A stretch of DNA of 64,000 nt, taken from NCBI GenBank assembly GCA_050015475.1, contig JBEKBI010000010.1, positions 11,455 through 75,454 of the forward strand, written 5' to 3'. Each line of letters starts with the position of its first letter. Within the stretch, counting starts at the first letter, position 1. The notes beneath the pieces are model-generated. The model had not been told where the DNA came from, searched no databases, and worked only from the letters and a program-made list of their open reading frames with translations. Source of the DNA: Acidimicrobiales bacterium. Its GTDB lineage: Bacteria > Actinomycetota > Acidimicrobiia > Acidimicrobiales > Bog-793. Made by a program: the position numbers and the translations under genes. Below, piece after piece: positions 31,922-41,381 of the stretch.

Positions 31922-32302
31922 ATGAATATCCCCCAGGACCTGAGGTACACCTCTGACCACGAGTGGGCGCGCCGCGAGGAAGCCCTGGTCAGAGTGGGTC
32001 TCACCGACTTCGCTCAGGAGGCCCTCGGGGATGTCGTGTTCGTGCAGGTGCCCTCGGTCGGAGGCAGCGTCGCTAAAGGCGGAGAGCTCGGCGAAGTCGA
32101 ATCGACCAAGTCCGTGTCGCAGGTGTACGCGCCCGTGAGCGGGACCGTCGTCGAGGTGAACACCGCGCTCAGCGAGCAGCCCGAGCTCATCAACTCCGCC
32201 CCTTATGGGGAAGGCTGGCTCTGCGTCATCGAGGCGTCCGCCCCGGCGGAGTTCGACGGACTGCTCGACGCCGCCGCGTACCTGGCGCTGACGGAATCTT
32301 GA
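31922..32302 (+). CDS. gcvH: Glycine cleavage system H protein
   Basis: YTSDHEWAR ... GEVESTKSVSQVYAPVSG (lipoyl-lysine motif). AAGGAG lies 8 nt upstream of the ATG. Confidence 0.95.
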   Translation: MNIPQDLRYTSDHEWARREEALVRVGLTDFAQEALGDVVFVQVPSVGGSVAKGGELGEVESTKSVSQVYAPVSGTVVEVNTALSEQPELINSAPYGEGWLCVIEASAPAEFDGLLDAAAYLALTES

Positions 32303-32398
32303 GAGCGGGCCGGGAGCTCTGCCCCCCGGGCGGGACCGACCCGGGCGAGGCGAGTCGAAGGCGCCGCGGCGGCGATCCTGGCCCAGCTTCGGCCGAAG

Positions 32399-32911
32399 TT
32401 GCCTGAGCGCGCCCCTGCGAGTGTCAGGTACCGTACTGGGGTGTTCTGTAACAACTGCAGTCACCGCAACCCGCCCGACGCGAACTTCTGCTCTTCGTGT
32501 GGCGCGCCGCTGGCTCATAGCGCGGACACCACGATTACGTTCATAGCCGGGGATCCCTCCCTCGAGGCGTCCGAAGACGAGGTCACGGTTCCGGCGGAGG
32601 ACTTGTCTGAAGGCACCGGTGTGCTGGTGGTCAAGCGCGGACCCGACGCCGGCGCCCGTTACGTCTTAACGGGAGACGTCACAAGAGTGGGGCGTCATCC
32701 CGACAGTGAGATCTTTCTCGACGACGTCACCGTCTCGCGTCGCCACGCAGAGTTTCGGCGGGACGCCGGTCAATATCTGGTCGTCGATGTCGGATCCCTC
32801 AATGGCACGTACGTGAACCGGGAACGGATCGAGGCCGCCATCTTAAAGGGCGGCGATGAGGTTCAGATAGGCAAGTTCAAGCTTGTCTTTCTCTCCACGA
32901 GCGCGGGCTAG
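32399..32911 (+). CDS. FHA-domain protein, GarA/OdhI-like, with N-terminal zinc ribbon
   Basis: FCNNCSHRNPPDANFCSSCGAPL (CxxC-N12-CxxC), then DTTITF (Thr-rich, similar to the GarA ETTSVF phospho-motif), then FHA core GRHPDSEIFLDDVTVSRRHAEF ... SLNGTYVN. Follows gcvH as garA does in mycobacteria. The start may be the GTG at 32441. Confidence 0.85.
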   Translation: MPERAPASVRYRTGVFCNNCSHRNPPDANFCSSCGAPLAHSADTTITFIAGDPSLEASEDEVTVPAEDLSEGTGVLVVKRGPDAGARYVLTGDVTRVGRHPDSEIFLDDVTVSRRHAEFRRDAGQYLVVDVGSLNGTYVNRERIEAAILKGGDEVQIGKFKLVFLSTSAG

Positions 32912-32917
32912 GTCCGG

Positions 32918-34015
32918 ATGGGGGAGCGTTCTTACCTTGCAATTGGCGACGTCCTCGCGCTGTTGCGCGAGGAATTCCCTGACATAACGATCTCGAAAAT
33001 CCGGTTCCTCGAAAGCAGAGGGCTGCTCGTGCCGGAGCGGACGCCTTCTGGATACCGCAAGTTCTATGAGCCGGACGTGGAACGGCTCCGCTGGATCCTC
33101 CGCCAACAGCGGGAACACTTCCTGCCCTTGAAGGTGATAAAGGGACGCCTCGAGAACGGGATGAGCGACCCCGACGCGCCGACCCCGCATCTGTTCGAGG
33201 TCGGCGACCCTCCACCTGAACGAGAGCCGCAGGTTGCGGTGATGGACACCCCGAGGATGGTCGGGGACTCCCGAGTCGAGTCCTTCTCGACCCTCGAGCC
33301 CGTGGCGGCGGTCGCCTCCGGGGGGCAGCGTCTTGCCACCCGAGGACCCTCGGCGGGCGGTCCGCGCCGTGAAGGTGAGACGACGGCGAGCCGCGCGACG
33401 GGCTCATCGCACGAGGGCCGCGCCCCAGCCGGAGCTCACGCACCGTCGGTGCATGAGGAAGGGGCGGAAGACAGTCACGACTCTCCACGAACCCGGCGTC
33501 CTCGGAGCCGGGCGCCAGAGCCCGGACCCGAGGCAGCAGACGAGCCCGGTGCGGAGGCACCTGAAGGCGCCATCGAGACGGCGCGCCACGCCACGGCTCG
33601 CTCCACCGCAGGCCTGCCCGGAGCGGGACTGTCGGGCGTCAGCCTCACCTTGACCGAGCTTGCCAACGCGAGCGGACTCGGCGTCGAGGGCGTGGAGGAA
33701 CTCGAGCGCTACGGCCTCATCGCCGGGCGGACCCTGGCCGGGGTCCATTGCTACGACGAGGAGGCGGTTCTTGTCGCCAAGCTCGCGGCCAGATTCGCCC
33801 CCTACGGCATCGAAGCGCGCCATCTGCGCCTGTTCAAGCACACGGCCGACCGTCAGACGGGCCTGTTCGCCCAAGTGGTGACGCCTCTGTTACGCCAGCG
33901 GAATCCGGAGGCGCACGCGCGGGCGATTGAGGACCTCTCGGATTTGTCCGAGCTCGCCGAGCAACTCGTGCGTTGCTTCTCCCAGGCCATGTTGCGCGAG
34001 ATGACAGGCGGGTGA
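32918..34015 (+). CDS. MerR family transcriptional regulator (Rv1828/FtsR-like, two-domain)
   Basis: N-terminal MerR HTH IGDVLALLREEFPDITISKIRFLESRGLLVPERTPSGYRKF, a long low-complexity linker, and a C-terminal second MerR-like domain. Conserved position after the FHA gene. Confidence 0.85.
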   Translation: MGERSYLAIGDVLALLREEFPDITISKIRFLESRGLLVPERTPSGYRKFYEPDVERLRWILRQQREHFLPLKVIKGRLENGMSDPDAPTPHLFEVGDPPPEREPQVAVMDTPRMVGDSRVESFSTLEPVAAVASGGQRLATRGPSAGGPRREGETTASRATGSSHEGRAPAGAHAPSVHEEGAEDSHDSPRTRRPRSRAPEPGPEAADEPGAEAPEGAIETARHATARSTAGLPGAGLSGVSLTLTELANASGLGVEGVEELERYGLIAGRTLAGVHCYDEEAVLVAKLAARFAPYGIEARHLRLFKHTADRQTGLFAQVVTPLLRQRNPEAHARAIEDLSDLSELAEQLVRCFSQAMLREMTGG

Positions 34016-34581
34016 GCGCACCCGCCGACCGGGAGAGGTCCCTGCTGGACCCCGGAGAGCTGGCCGCGATCGCCAGGCGGCTCGGGCGTGAGATCAAACA
34101 GGACTACCCCGATGGCGTCGTGCTCGTCGCGCTCTTGAAGGGCAGCGTCTGCTTCCTGGCGGATCTGGTGCGCGAACTCCCGGGGCCCTGCGAGCTCGAC
34201 TTCCTGGCCTTGTCGTCGTACGGCGACGGCCGCACGCGGGTCCGGGTCGTAAAGGACCTCGACGCCGAAGTCACCGGCCGGGACGTGGTCATCGTCCTCG
34301 ACATCGTCGACACCGGGCTCACACTCGACTACCTGTTCCGGCTCGTCTCCCTCCGAGGAGCGCGCTCGGTGGCCGCCTGTGCCCTCTTGGACCGCCAGAG
34401 CCGGAGGTTGCTGCCAGTCGAGGTGCGCTACGTCGGTCAGGCCATCGGGGACGAGCACGTGGTCGGTTACGGCCTCGACCGCTTCGAGCTCTACCGGAAC
34501 CTTCCCGGCCTCAAGATCGCGGAGGAAGACGACCTCGACGCCGATCCACCTGCGATGTTCGAACGGCTGTGGAGGCGGTAA
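34012..34581 (+). CDS. hpt: Hypoxanthine phosphoribosyltransferase
   Basis: PRPP-binding motif VVIVLDIVDTGLTL, and FLALSSYG and VGYGLD motifs. GTGA overlap with the MerR stop. Confidence 0.88.
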   Translation: MSAPADRERSLLDPGELAAIARRLGREIKQDYPDGVVLVALLKGSVCFLADLVRELPGPCELDFLALSSYGDGRTRVRVVKDLDAEVTGRDVVIVLDIVDTGLTLDYLFRLVSLRGARSVAACALLDRQSRRLLPVEVRYVGQAIGDEHVVGYGLDRFELYRNLPGLKIAEEDDLDADPPAMFERLWRR

Positions 34582-34590
34582 GTTGCTGTC

Positions 34591-35097
34591 ATGGTCGAGG
34601 TGCGTCTGAGGGCCGTCCGAGTCGACCTCGGCTCGAGCACACCGGTCGTGCTGCTCGAGGAGACCGAAGGAGCCCGGCGGTCCTTGCCGATCTTCATCGG
34701 CGGGCCTGAGGCGACGGCCATCGCCTTTGCTCTCCAGGGAGTGGAGCCGGCGCGGCCCATGAGCCACGACCTCATGCGCGACCTCGTCGAGACTCTCGGC
34801 GCCAAGGTCACGCGCGTGCTCGTGACCGAGATCCGTGACGGCACTTTCTATGCCGAGTTGCACTTGAGGGCGGGCGGGCGCGACCTCGTCGTGTCGTGCC
34901 GGCCATCGGATGCGATCGCCCTCGCCACGCGTACACACTCGCCGCTGTACGTGGCGGACGAGCTCATGGAAACCGAAGGACTCGTGATCGAAGGCGACGA
35001 TGAGGACGACGTCACCGCCGAAGGCAACCCGGAGGAGATCGTCGGGGAGTTCCGGGAGTTCCTGGACCGGATCACGCCGGAGGATTTCACGTCCTGA
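34591..35097 (+). CDS. Bifunctional nuclease family protein (DUF151, Rv1829-like)
   Basis: VVLLEETEGARRSLPIFIGGPEATAIAFAL ... RPMSHDL ... CRPSDAIALA, typical of DUF151. Conserved synteny between the two MerR genes. Confidence 0.85.
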   Translation: MVEVRLRAVRVDLGSSTPVVLLEETEGARRSLPIFIGGPEATAIAFALQGVEPARPMSHDLMRDLVETLGAKVTRVLVTEIRDGTFYAELHLRAGGRDLVVSCRPSDAIALATRTHSPLYVADELMETEGLVIEGDDEDDVTAEGNPEEIVGEFREFLDRITPEDFTS

Positions 35098-35195
35098 ACC
35101 TGGTGGGGAGCCCCGCCGACATCCGAGGCAACCCTGAAGCTCAAGCTGCACTAGATGTCCGCGCTCAAAGGCCAGCTCAAGGCCTAGACCGATCG

Positions 35196-35224
35196 TTGAC
35201 GTCGAGTCCGACGGGGCCTAACCT
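35196..35224 (+). promoter_or_regulatory. Candidate sigma-70-type promoter upstream of the second MerR gene
   Basis: TTGACG - 17 nt - TAACCT, about 80 nt upstream of the ATG at 35305. The spacer contains the inverted repeat CGTCG-AGTC-CGACG. Confidence 0.3.
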
Positions 35225-35304
35225 TCATTACGCGGGTGTAGTTACCGCGCTGTGCTCTTGTTCGGGGCCGGGCGGGGCGTTGGGAACTAAGGACAGGGGA
35301 CAGG

Positions 35305-35790
35305 ATGGACCAAGTCGGTTTCCGCGGGCCACAGGTGTGCAACATCGTCGGCATCACCTATCGCCAGCTGGACTATTGGGACCGCACCGGCCTTAGCCGA
35401 CCTTCACTCGCTCCGGCACGGGGCAGCGGCACCCAGAGGCTCTACTCCTACCGGGACCTACTCGAGCTCAAAGTGATCAAGCAACTCCTGGACGGTGGCG
35501 TCAACCTCCGCCAGGCCAGGCGCGCCATCGAGTGCCTGCGCGACTCGGTCGGAGAGGACCTCGCGACAGCGAACCTCGTCATGGTCGCCGGAGGATCGGT
35601 GCTCGTGCAGACAGGCGAGCAGATCATCGATTTGCTCCGGGGCGCACAGGGTGTCTTCAATGTCGTCCCGCTTGCCGGTGTGGTGGGGGAGGTCGACGCG
35701 GCCATCCACCGCATCGACTCGAGCCGCACGAGCACCGTGTCCGAACCCGGGGCCAACGGTGGCGCCGCCCGGTTCGCCGAAGGAGGCTAG
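35305..35790 (+). CDS. MerR family transcriptional regulator (Rv1830-like)
   Basis: HTH VCNIVGITYRQLDYWDRTGL ... RLYSYRDLLELKVIKQLL. Confidence 0.88.
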   Translation: MDQVGFRGPQVCNIVGITYRQLDYWDRTGLSRPSLAPARGSGTQRLYSYRDLLELKVIKQLLDGGVNLRQARRAIECLRDSVGEDLATANLVMVAGGSVLVQTGEQIIDLLRGAQGVFNVVPLAGVVGEVDAAIHRIDSSRTSTVSEPGANGGAARFAEGG

Positions 35791-35841
35791 ACGTCCTCCG
35801 ATCCGGCATCTCGTCCAGTCCTCGGACAGCGCGGGGTTGCG

Positions 35842-36174
35842 GTGCGGTTCGCCCACGATTCTGAGCGACTTTTTGCCGAGCTTCTGGACTACTACGGAGT
35901 TCTTTGGGAGTACGAGCCGGTCGAGTTCGTCCTCGCCTGGGGTCCGGACGGACAACCGACAAGCGCCTTCCGGCCTGACTTTTACTTGAGCGAGCACGAC
36001 TTGTTCCTCGAGCTGACGACGCTCCGCCAGGAGCTCGTGACTGCCAAGAACCGCAAGCTGCGCCAGATGGCTCTGCTCTACCCGGAAGTGCGGGTGAGGG
36101 TGCTGTACCGCCGCGATGTGCTCGGTCTACTAGGGAAGTATTTGCCGGAGGCCACCGCTAGATTGGCCGGGTGA
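35842..36174 (+). CDS. Small hypothetical protein with a PD-(D/E)xK-like motif
   Basis: 110 aa. RPDFYLSEHDLFLELTTLRQELVTAKNRK fits a PD...(D/E)xK nuclease-fold spacing. GTG start, and GTGA overlap with the gcvT start. Confidence 0.5.
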   Translation: MRFAHDSERLFAELLDYYGVLWEYEPVEFVLAWGPDGQPTSAFRPDFYLSEHDLFLELTTLRQELVTAKNRKLRQMALLYPEVRVRVLYRRDVLGLLGKYLPEATARLAG

Positions 36175-37277
36175 CCCTAAAGCAATCAGCGTTGCGCGCC
36201 GAGCACCTGGAGTTGGGTGCTCGGCTTGTTGAATTCGGGGGCTGGGAAATGCCGCTTTGGTACCCCGAGGGCACCATTGCCGAGCACCTCGCCTGCAGGA
36301 ACGACGCCGTGGTCTTCGACGTGAGCCACCTCGGCACGGTGCGTGTCGACGGTCCGGGCTCGCTCGAGTTGCTCCAGAAGAGCTTGACCAACGACTTGGG
36401 GAAGATCGGGCCGGGCCGGGCCCAATATCAGCACCTTCTCGATGAGTCGGATGCGTCCGTGCTGGACGACCTCATCGTCTGGTGGGTGGGCGAGGATCGC
36501 TTCGACGTCATGCCGAATGCCTCCAACACCGACCGCGTGATCTCGGTTCTCGGTGGCAAGGACGTGACCCACGAGCGCGCCGTGCTCGCCGTGCAGGGCC
36601 CCCGGGCGCGCGAGCGCCTCGCCGCGGTATCCGCCGAAGCGGCCGCGGTCGGGCATTTTGAGGTGGCCGACTTCGAGTTCCGCAAAGTGCCGTGTCGCGT
36701 GGCGGGCACCGGTTACACGGGCGAGGACGGAGTGGAGTGTGCCGTGCCGACGGAGGTGGCTTCTCAGTTCTGGACTGCGGTCATCGAGGCCGGCGTGAAG
36801 CCCGCCGGCCTCGGCGCGCGCGACACGCTGCGCCTCGAGGCCGGGCTGCCTTTGCACGGCCACGAGCTCGGTGCCGGCATCACGCCTCTCCAGGCCGGGC
36901 TCGGCTGGGTGGTCAGCTGGGACAAAGGCCCGTTCCGAGGCCGGGACGCGCTCGACACCGAGCGCCTCGCCGGCCCCAGGCGACGGCTGCGGGGCCTCGT
37001 CACAGAGGGGCACCGGCCGCCCAGGAACGGCGACGAGGTACGCGTGGGCGGCGATGCCGCCGGTGAGGTCACGAGCGGCAACCTCTCGCCTGTGCTCCAG
37101 CGCGGGATAGCGCTCGCGTTCCTGCCGCCCGACACGGCCCTGTTCGACAAGGTGGAGATCGTCTCGCGGGGGTCGAGCCTGCCGGCGATCGTCGTGAAGC
37201 CACCCTTCCAGCGCCTCGACCTCGGCTCGATCGAGCAGGCCCGCGCCCTGGGACCCGACGCGGAGGCGAAGTCGTGA
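36171..37277 (+). CDS. gcvT: Glycine cleavage system aminomethyltransferase T
   Basis: LRAEHLELGARLVEFGGWEMPLWY ... FDVSHLG ... TGYTGEDGVE ... ARDTLRLEAG. Confidence 0.95.
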   Translation: MTLKQSALRAEHLELGARLVEFGGWEMPLWYPEGTIAEHLACRNDAVVFDVSHLGTVRVDGPGSLELLQKSLTNDLGKIGPGRAQYQHLLDESDASVLDDLIVWWVGEDRFDVMPNASNTDRVISVLGGKDVTHERAVLAVQGPRARERLAAVSAEAAAVGHFEVADFEFRKVPCRVAGTGYTGEDGVECAVPTEVASQFWTAVIEAGVKPAGLGARDTLRLEAGLPLHGHELGAGITPLQAGLGWVVSWDKGPFRGRDALDTERLAGPRRRLRGLVTEGHRPPRNGDEVRVGGDAAGEVTSGNLSPVLQRGIALAFLPPDTALFDKVEIVSRGSSLPAIVVKPPFQRLDLGSIEQARALGPDAEAKS

Positions 37278-38626
37278 GCGCGCCCTTCGTTCCCCATACC
37301 GACGCCGAGATCGCCGAGATGCTCGCCTTCATAGGCCTCGACGACCTGGAGGGGTTGTTCGCCGAGATCCCGGCTGCCTTGAGGCTCGCCGGCGGGCTCG
37401 ACCTGCCCAAAGGCATAAGCGAGCCGGACCTCGCCTGGCGGCTCGACGAGCTCGCCTCCCGCAACCGAGCTTGCGGACGCGAGCTGGTTTGTTTCGCCGG
37501 CGCGGGTTCCTATGACCACGAGATTCCTGCCGTGGTGAAGGCCCTTGCCTCCCGCTCGGAATTCGTGACCGCCTACACGCCCTATCAGCCGGAGGTGTCC
37601 CAGGGCGTGCTTCAGGCGATATTCGAATACCAGACGATGATCGCCCGGCTCGCCGGCCTCGAGGTGGCGAACGCCTCCCTCTACGACGGTGCCGCCGCGC
37701 TGGTCGAGGCCGTGAACCTCGCCACGGTGGCCACGGGCCGTCCTCGGGTCCTCTGCTCGCAGGGAGTGCACCCGCATTGGCGCCGGCAATTGGCGACCTT
37801 CGCGCGTGGCTCGGGGAACCAGATCGAGATCGTGCCCTTGGCAGACGGGGTTACGGCGTGGAACGAGGTGCCCGGTGACGGCCCAGTGGGGGCCGTCGTC
37901 CTCGCCGCCCCGAACTACCTGGGGTGCCTGGAGGACGTGCCGGCAGCGCGCGCCGTCGCCGACCGGTTGGGCGCGAGGCTCGTCGTCTGCTTCGATCCGG
38001 TGGCGTCAGGCCTTCTCCGCCCGCCCGGCGAGCTCGGGGCGGACGTCGTGGTGGGGGAGGGTCAGCCCCTCGGCACGGCCCTCGCTTTCGGCGGCCCGTA
38101 TCTGGGGCTGTTCGCCTGCCGCCTGGCCGATGTGAGGCGGATCCCGGGACGCATCGTCGGAGAGACCGTCGACGCCGAGGACCGGCGGGCGTACGTCATG
38201 ACGCTGCGAGCCCGCGAACAAGACATCCGGCGGGAGCGGGCGTCCTCGAATGTCTGCACGAACCAGACCTTGATGGCCGTTACGGCGGCGATCCACCTCG
38301 CCTGGCTCGGCCCGAAGGGCCTGGAAGAGGTCGCCCTGCGCTGCGCAAGAGCGACCCGGTACACGAGGGAGTCGCTTTGCAGGATCGCCGGTGTGCAGCC
38401 CCTCGCGAGCGCCCCTGTGCTGCGCGAGTTCGCGATCTCGACCCCCGTCGCCCCCGAGACCCTCGTCGAGCGCCTCGTCGACGACGGTTTTCTCGCCGGC
38501 GTGCCCATCCGGGCGGGCTTCGAGGGAACCGCGTATGACGGCGGACTACTCGTAGCGGCCACGGAGAAGCGCACCCGGGGCGAGATAGACGCCTTCGCAT
38601 CGGCATTGGAAAGGGCGGTCAGATGA
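37274..38626 (+). CDS. gcvPA: Glycine dehydrogenase (aminomethyl-transferring) subunit 1
   Basis: FAGAGSYDHEIPAVV ... TAYTPYQPEVSQGVLQAIFEYQ ... SNVCTNQ. Overlaps gcvT and gcvPB by 4 nt. Confidence 0.95.
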   Translation: MSAPFVPHTDAEIAEMLAFIGLDDLEGLFAEIPAALRLAGGLDLPKGISEPDLAWRLDELASRNRACGRELVCFAGAGSYDHEIPAVVKALASRSEFVTAYTPYQPEVSQGVLQAIFEYQTMIARLAGLEVANASLYDGAAALVEAVNLATVATGRPRVLCSQGVHPHWRRQLATFARGSGNQIEIVPLADGVTAWNEVPGDGPVGAVVLAAPNYLGCLEDVPAARAVADRLGARLVVCFDPVASGLLRPPGELGADVVVGEGQPLGTALAFGGPYLGLFACRLADVRRIPGRIVGETVDAEDRRAYVMTLRAREQDIRRERASSNVCTNQTLMAVTAAIHLAWLGPKGLEEVALRCARATRYTRESLCRIAGVQPLASAPVLREFAISTPVAPETLVERLVDDGFLAGVPIRAGFEGTAYDGGLLVAATEKRTRGEIDAFASALERAVR

Positions 38627-40146
38627 ACTTGAGCAAACCCGCCGGCCGCGCCCTCGGGGCCCCCATCCTCGCCCGCGACTGTGAACCGACGATCTTCGAG
38701 TTCTCCGCCCCGGGCCGGTATGCGGCGTCGTTCCGGACGACGGACCTGCCGGAGTGGACTGAGGACGAGCTCGTCCCCGATGCCTTCAGACGAAACAAGC
38801 CCGTGGCGCTGCCCGAAGTCTCCGAGCGCGACTTAGCGGCGCACTTCACGCGTCTCACGCACAGGCAGTATTCCGTCGACCTCGGTGCCTACCCGCTCGG
38901 CTCGTGCACGATGAAGTACAACCCGAAGGCGAGCGACGCCGGTGCCTCGATCCCGGGCTTCGTCCAGGTGCACCCCGCCGCCCCGCCGAAGTGCACGCAA
39001 GGGTGGCTCGAGGTCCTCGTCGAGCTCGAGGAGGGCCTGTGCGCGATCACGGGCATGGACGCCGCCACGTTGCAGCCGGCCGCGGGAGCCGCCGGCGAGC
39101 TCACGGGTCTGCTGCTCATGCGCGCCTACCACGAGGCTCATGGCGAGTCCGAGCGCCGAAGCAAGGTGATCATCCCGGACTCGGCGCACGGCACGAACCC
39201 GGCCTCGGTGACCTTGAGCGGCTACGAGGTCGTCACCGTAGGCACCAACGCCCGGGGTGGGGTCGATCTTGACGCCCTCAAAGCACTGCTCGCCGACGAC
39301 GTGGCCGGGATCATGCTCACGAACCCGAGCACGCTCGGGCTGTTCGAGGAGGACATCGTCGAGATCGCGCAGGCGGTCCACGAGGTCGGTGGCCTGTTGT
39401 ACTACGACGGCGCCAACCTGAATGCCATCCTCGGGGTGGTGCGCCCTGGGGACATGGGCTTCGACATCGTGCACATGAACGTCCACAAGACCTTCGCCAC
39501 CCCGCACGGAGGCGGAGGTCCCGGCGCCGGCCCCGTCGCCGTCTGCGCGGCGCTGACCCCGTTCCTGCCGGGCCCACGCCCCGCCAGGACCAAGGCGGGC
39601 TTCGCCCTCACTTCTTCGGCGCAGTCGATCGGCAGAGTGCACTCGTGGCACGGCAACGCCCTGGTGCTGCTGCGGGCCTGGATCTACCTGCGGCTGAACG
39701 GCAGCGACGGCTTGAGGCGTGTGTCCGAAGCGGCCGTGCTGAACGCGAACTTCCTCAAAGAGCGCCTCCGCGGCACCTATGACATCCCGTACGACAGGAC
39801 AGTGATGCACGAGTGCGTCGTGTCCGCCAAGTCGCTCCACCACAAGGTGGGCCTCAGGGCCTTCGACGTCGCCAAGCGGCTCATGGAACTCGGCTTCCAC
39901 CCGCCGACGATGTACTTCCCCCTCATCGTCGAAGAGGCGCTCATGATCGAGCCCACCGAGACCGAGAGCCCCCAGACTGTCTCCGCGTTGGCGGACGCGC
40001 TCTTGCAGATCGCCAACGAAGCTCTCGAGGCAGGGAACGCCGACGACGCCTTGGCCGCGCCGAGGACGACCCCTGTCGGACGGGTGGACGACGCCCGGGC
40101 CGCCCGCCAGCTCGTCGTCACCTTCGACCAGCGCGGGGAGCAATGA
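38623..40146 (+). CDS. gcvPB: Glycine dehydrogenase (aminomethyl-transferring) subunit 2
   Basis: LGSCTMKYNPK ... HMNVHKTFATPHGGGGPGAGP (PLP-lysine region). Confidence 0.95.
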   Translation: MNLSKPAGRALGAPILARDCEPTIFEFSAPGRYAASFRTTDLPEWTEDELVPDAFRRNKPVALPEVSERDLAAHFTRLTHRQYSVDLGAYPLGSCTMKYNPKASDAGASIPGFVQVHPAAPPKCTQGWLEVLVELEEGLCAITGMDAATLQPAAGAAGELTGLLLMRAYHEAHGESERRSKVIIPDSAHGTNPASVTLSGYEVVTVGTNARGGVDLDALKALLADDVAGIMLTNPSTLGLFEEDIVEIAQAVHEVGGLLYYDGANLNAILGVVRPGDMGFDIVHMNVHKTFATPHGGGGPGAGPVAVCAALTPFLPGPRPARTKAGFALTSSAQSIGRVHSWHGNALVLLRAWIYLRLNGSDGLRRVSEAAVLNANFLKERLRGTYDIPYDRTVMHECVVSAKSLHHKVGLRAFDVAKRLMELGFHPPTMYFPLIVEEALMIEPTETESPQTVSALADALLQIANEALEAGNADDALAAPRTTPVGRVDDARAARQLVVTFDQRGEQ

Positions 40147-40168
40147 GCGGAGCCCGCCTAGGGACCCT

Positions 40169-41197
40169 CTAGGCGAGCTTTTCGGCCAAGTACTTCAAAG
40201 AGAGCGGGTAGCGGTACTCGATGGAGGCGTGGGTGCCTTCGAACAGCTCAAAGGCGACGTCGTCGACCCCGATCGCAGCCAACTCGGCCACGAACGCTTC
40301 GGCGCCGATATCGAGGCGGAAGTCGTCGGCTCTCCCGGCGTCGACCCAGATCGCCCGCTGGGACTTGAGGGCCTCGGCGTGACCTTCGACCATCCTTACG
40401 GGGTCCCAAGCGAGCCAGCGCGCCCAAACGTCCTCGTCGATTCGCCCTGTGCGGAGATCGAAGGGCGGGCGCACGGTGCCGTCCTCATCGGCCGCGAAGC
40501 ACGCCGAGATCGTCCAGGCGGTCAGCACCTCACCGTCGCCAGGTCGGGAGAGCGCGGGCCGAGCGGCCATGTCGGCGAAGAAGTTCTCGAAGCTCGAGTC
40601 GTAGCGGTCGCGGAGCGCCCGATAAGCCTCAGCGAGCCCGGGCAGGTAGCAGTACTCGTAGAACGCGTCGCCGGCGTGAGTCGCTAGGCCCCCGAACAGA
40701 TCGGGCCGGAGCATGGCGGTGATCATGGCCCCGAAGCCGCCCGACGACTTTCCCTGCACGCCACGGTGCGCCGGCTCGGGAAGGGTGCGGTATCTGTCAT
40801 CGACGAAGGCCACGACGTCCTCGCACAGGTAGCTGTGGTAGCGGCCTATAGCCGTCGAGTCGACGAATTGACTCCCGCCGAGGGAGGTCCAGGCGTCGAC
40901 GAACACCACGATGCACGGCGGCGCGTCTCCGGAGCAGAACAGCTCGTCCGCCATCTCGGGATAGGTCGGACGGAGGTTGTTGGTCCGGGTCTTCCAAGCC
41001 GGCACAGCGCCGAAGAAGCCCTGCAGGACATACACCGCCGGGTAGCGGCGCTCGGGCTCGTCGTCGTAACCGGGGGGAACGTACACATAAAGGGGCCGGC
41101 TGGCGGGGTCGCCGAGGGCGTTGTTCTCAAGCGCCCGGCTGGCGATCTCCAACTCCTCGAGCCGGCCTGCATAACTCGTTGACCAAGGTCGCACCAT
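40169..41197 (-). CDS. Alpha/beta hydrolase, putative esterase family (enterochelin-esterase / esterase D-like)
   Basis: GKSSGGFGA nucleophile elbow, YPAVYVLQG and a HAGD region. Start moved to the internal ATG (MVRPWSTSY). Confidence 0.75.
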   Translation of the reverse strand: MVRPWSTSYAGRLEELEIASRALENNALGDPASRPLYVYVPPGYDDEPERRYPAVYVLQGFFGAVPAWKTRTNNLRPTYPEMADELFCSGDAPPCIVVFVDAWTSLGGSQFVDSTAIGRYHSYLCEDVVAFVDDRYRTLPEPAHRGVQGKSSGGFGAMITAMLRPDLFGGLATHAGDAFYEYCYLPGLAEAYRALRDRYDSSFENFFADMAARPALSRPGDGEVLTAWTISACFAADEDGTVRPPFDLRTGRIDEDVWARWLAWDPVRMVEGHAEALKSQRAIWVDAGRADDFRLDIGAEAFVAELAAIGVDDVAFELFEGTHASIEYRYPLSLKYLAEKLA

Positions 41198-41381
41198 GGG
41201 TCCAACCCTAGGCCGGGGTGGAAACTGACGCGACCTGCAGGGCGGCGGTGACTTTCGACGAGTTTCGGTGCCCCGGAGCCGAGATGGCCGCAAGCTAGCC
41301 TCCGACCGTGCGCAAGACTTCTCCCAGTTCGCAAAGGACTCGGCATCTCCGGGGAGACGCCGTTCCCCCGGGACGGGGGCG

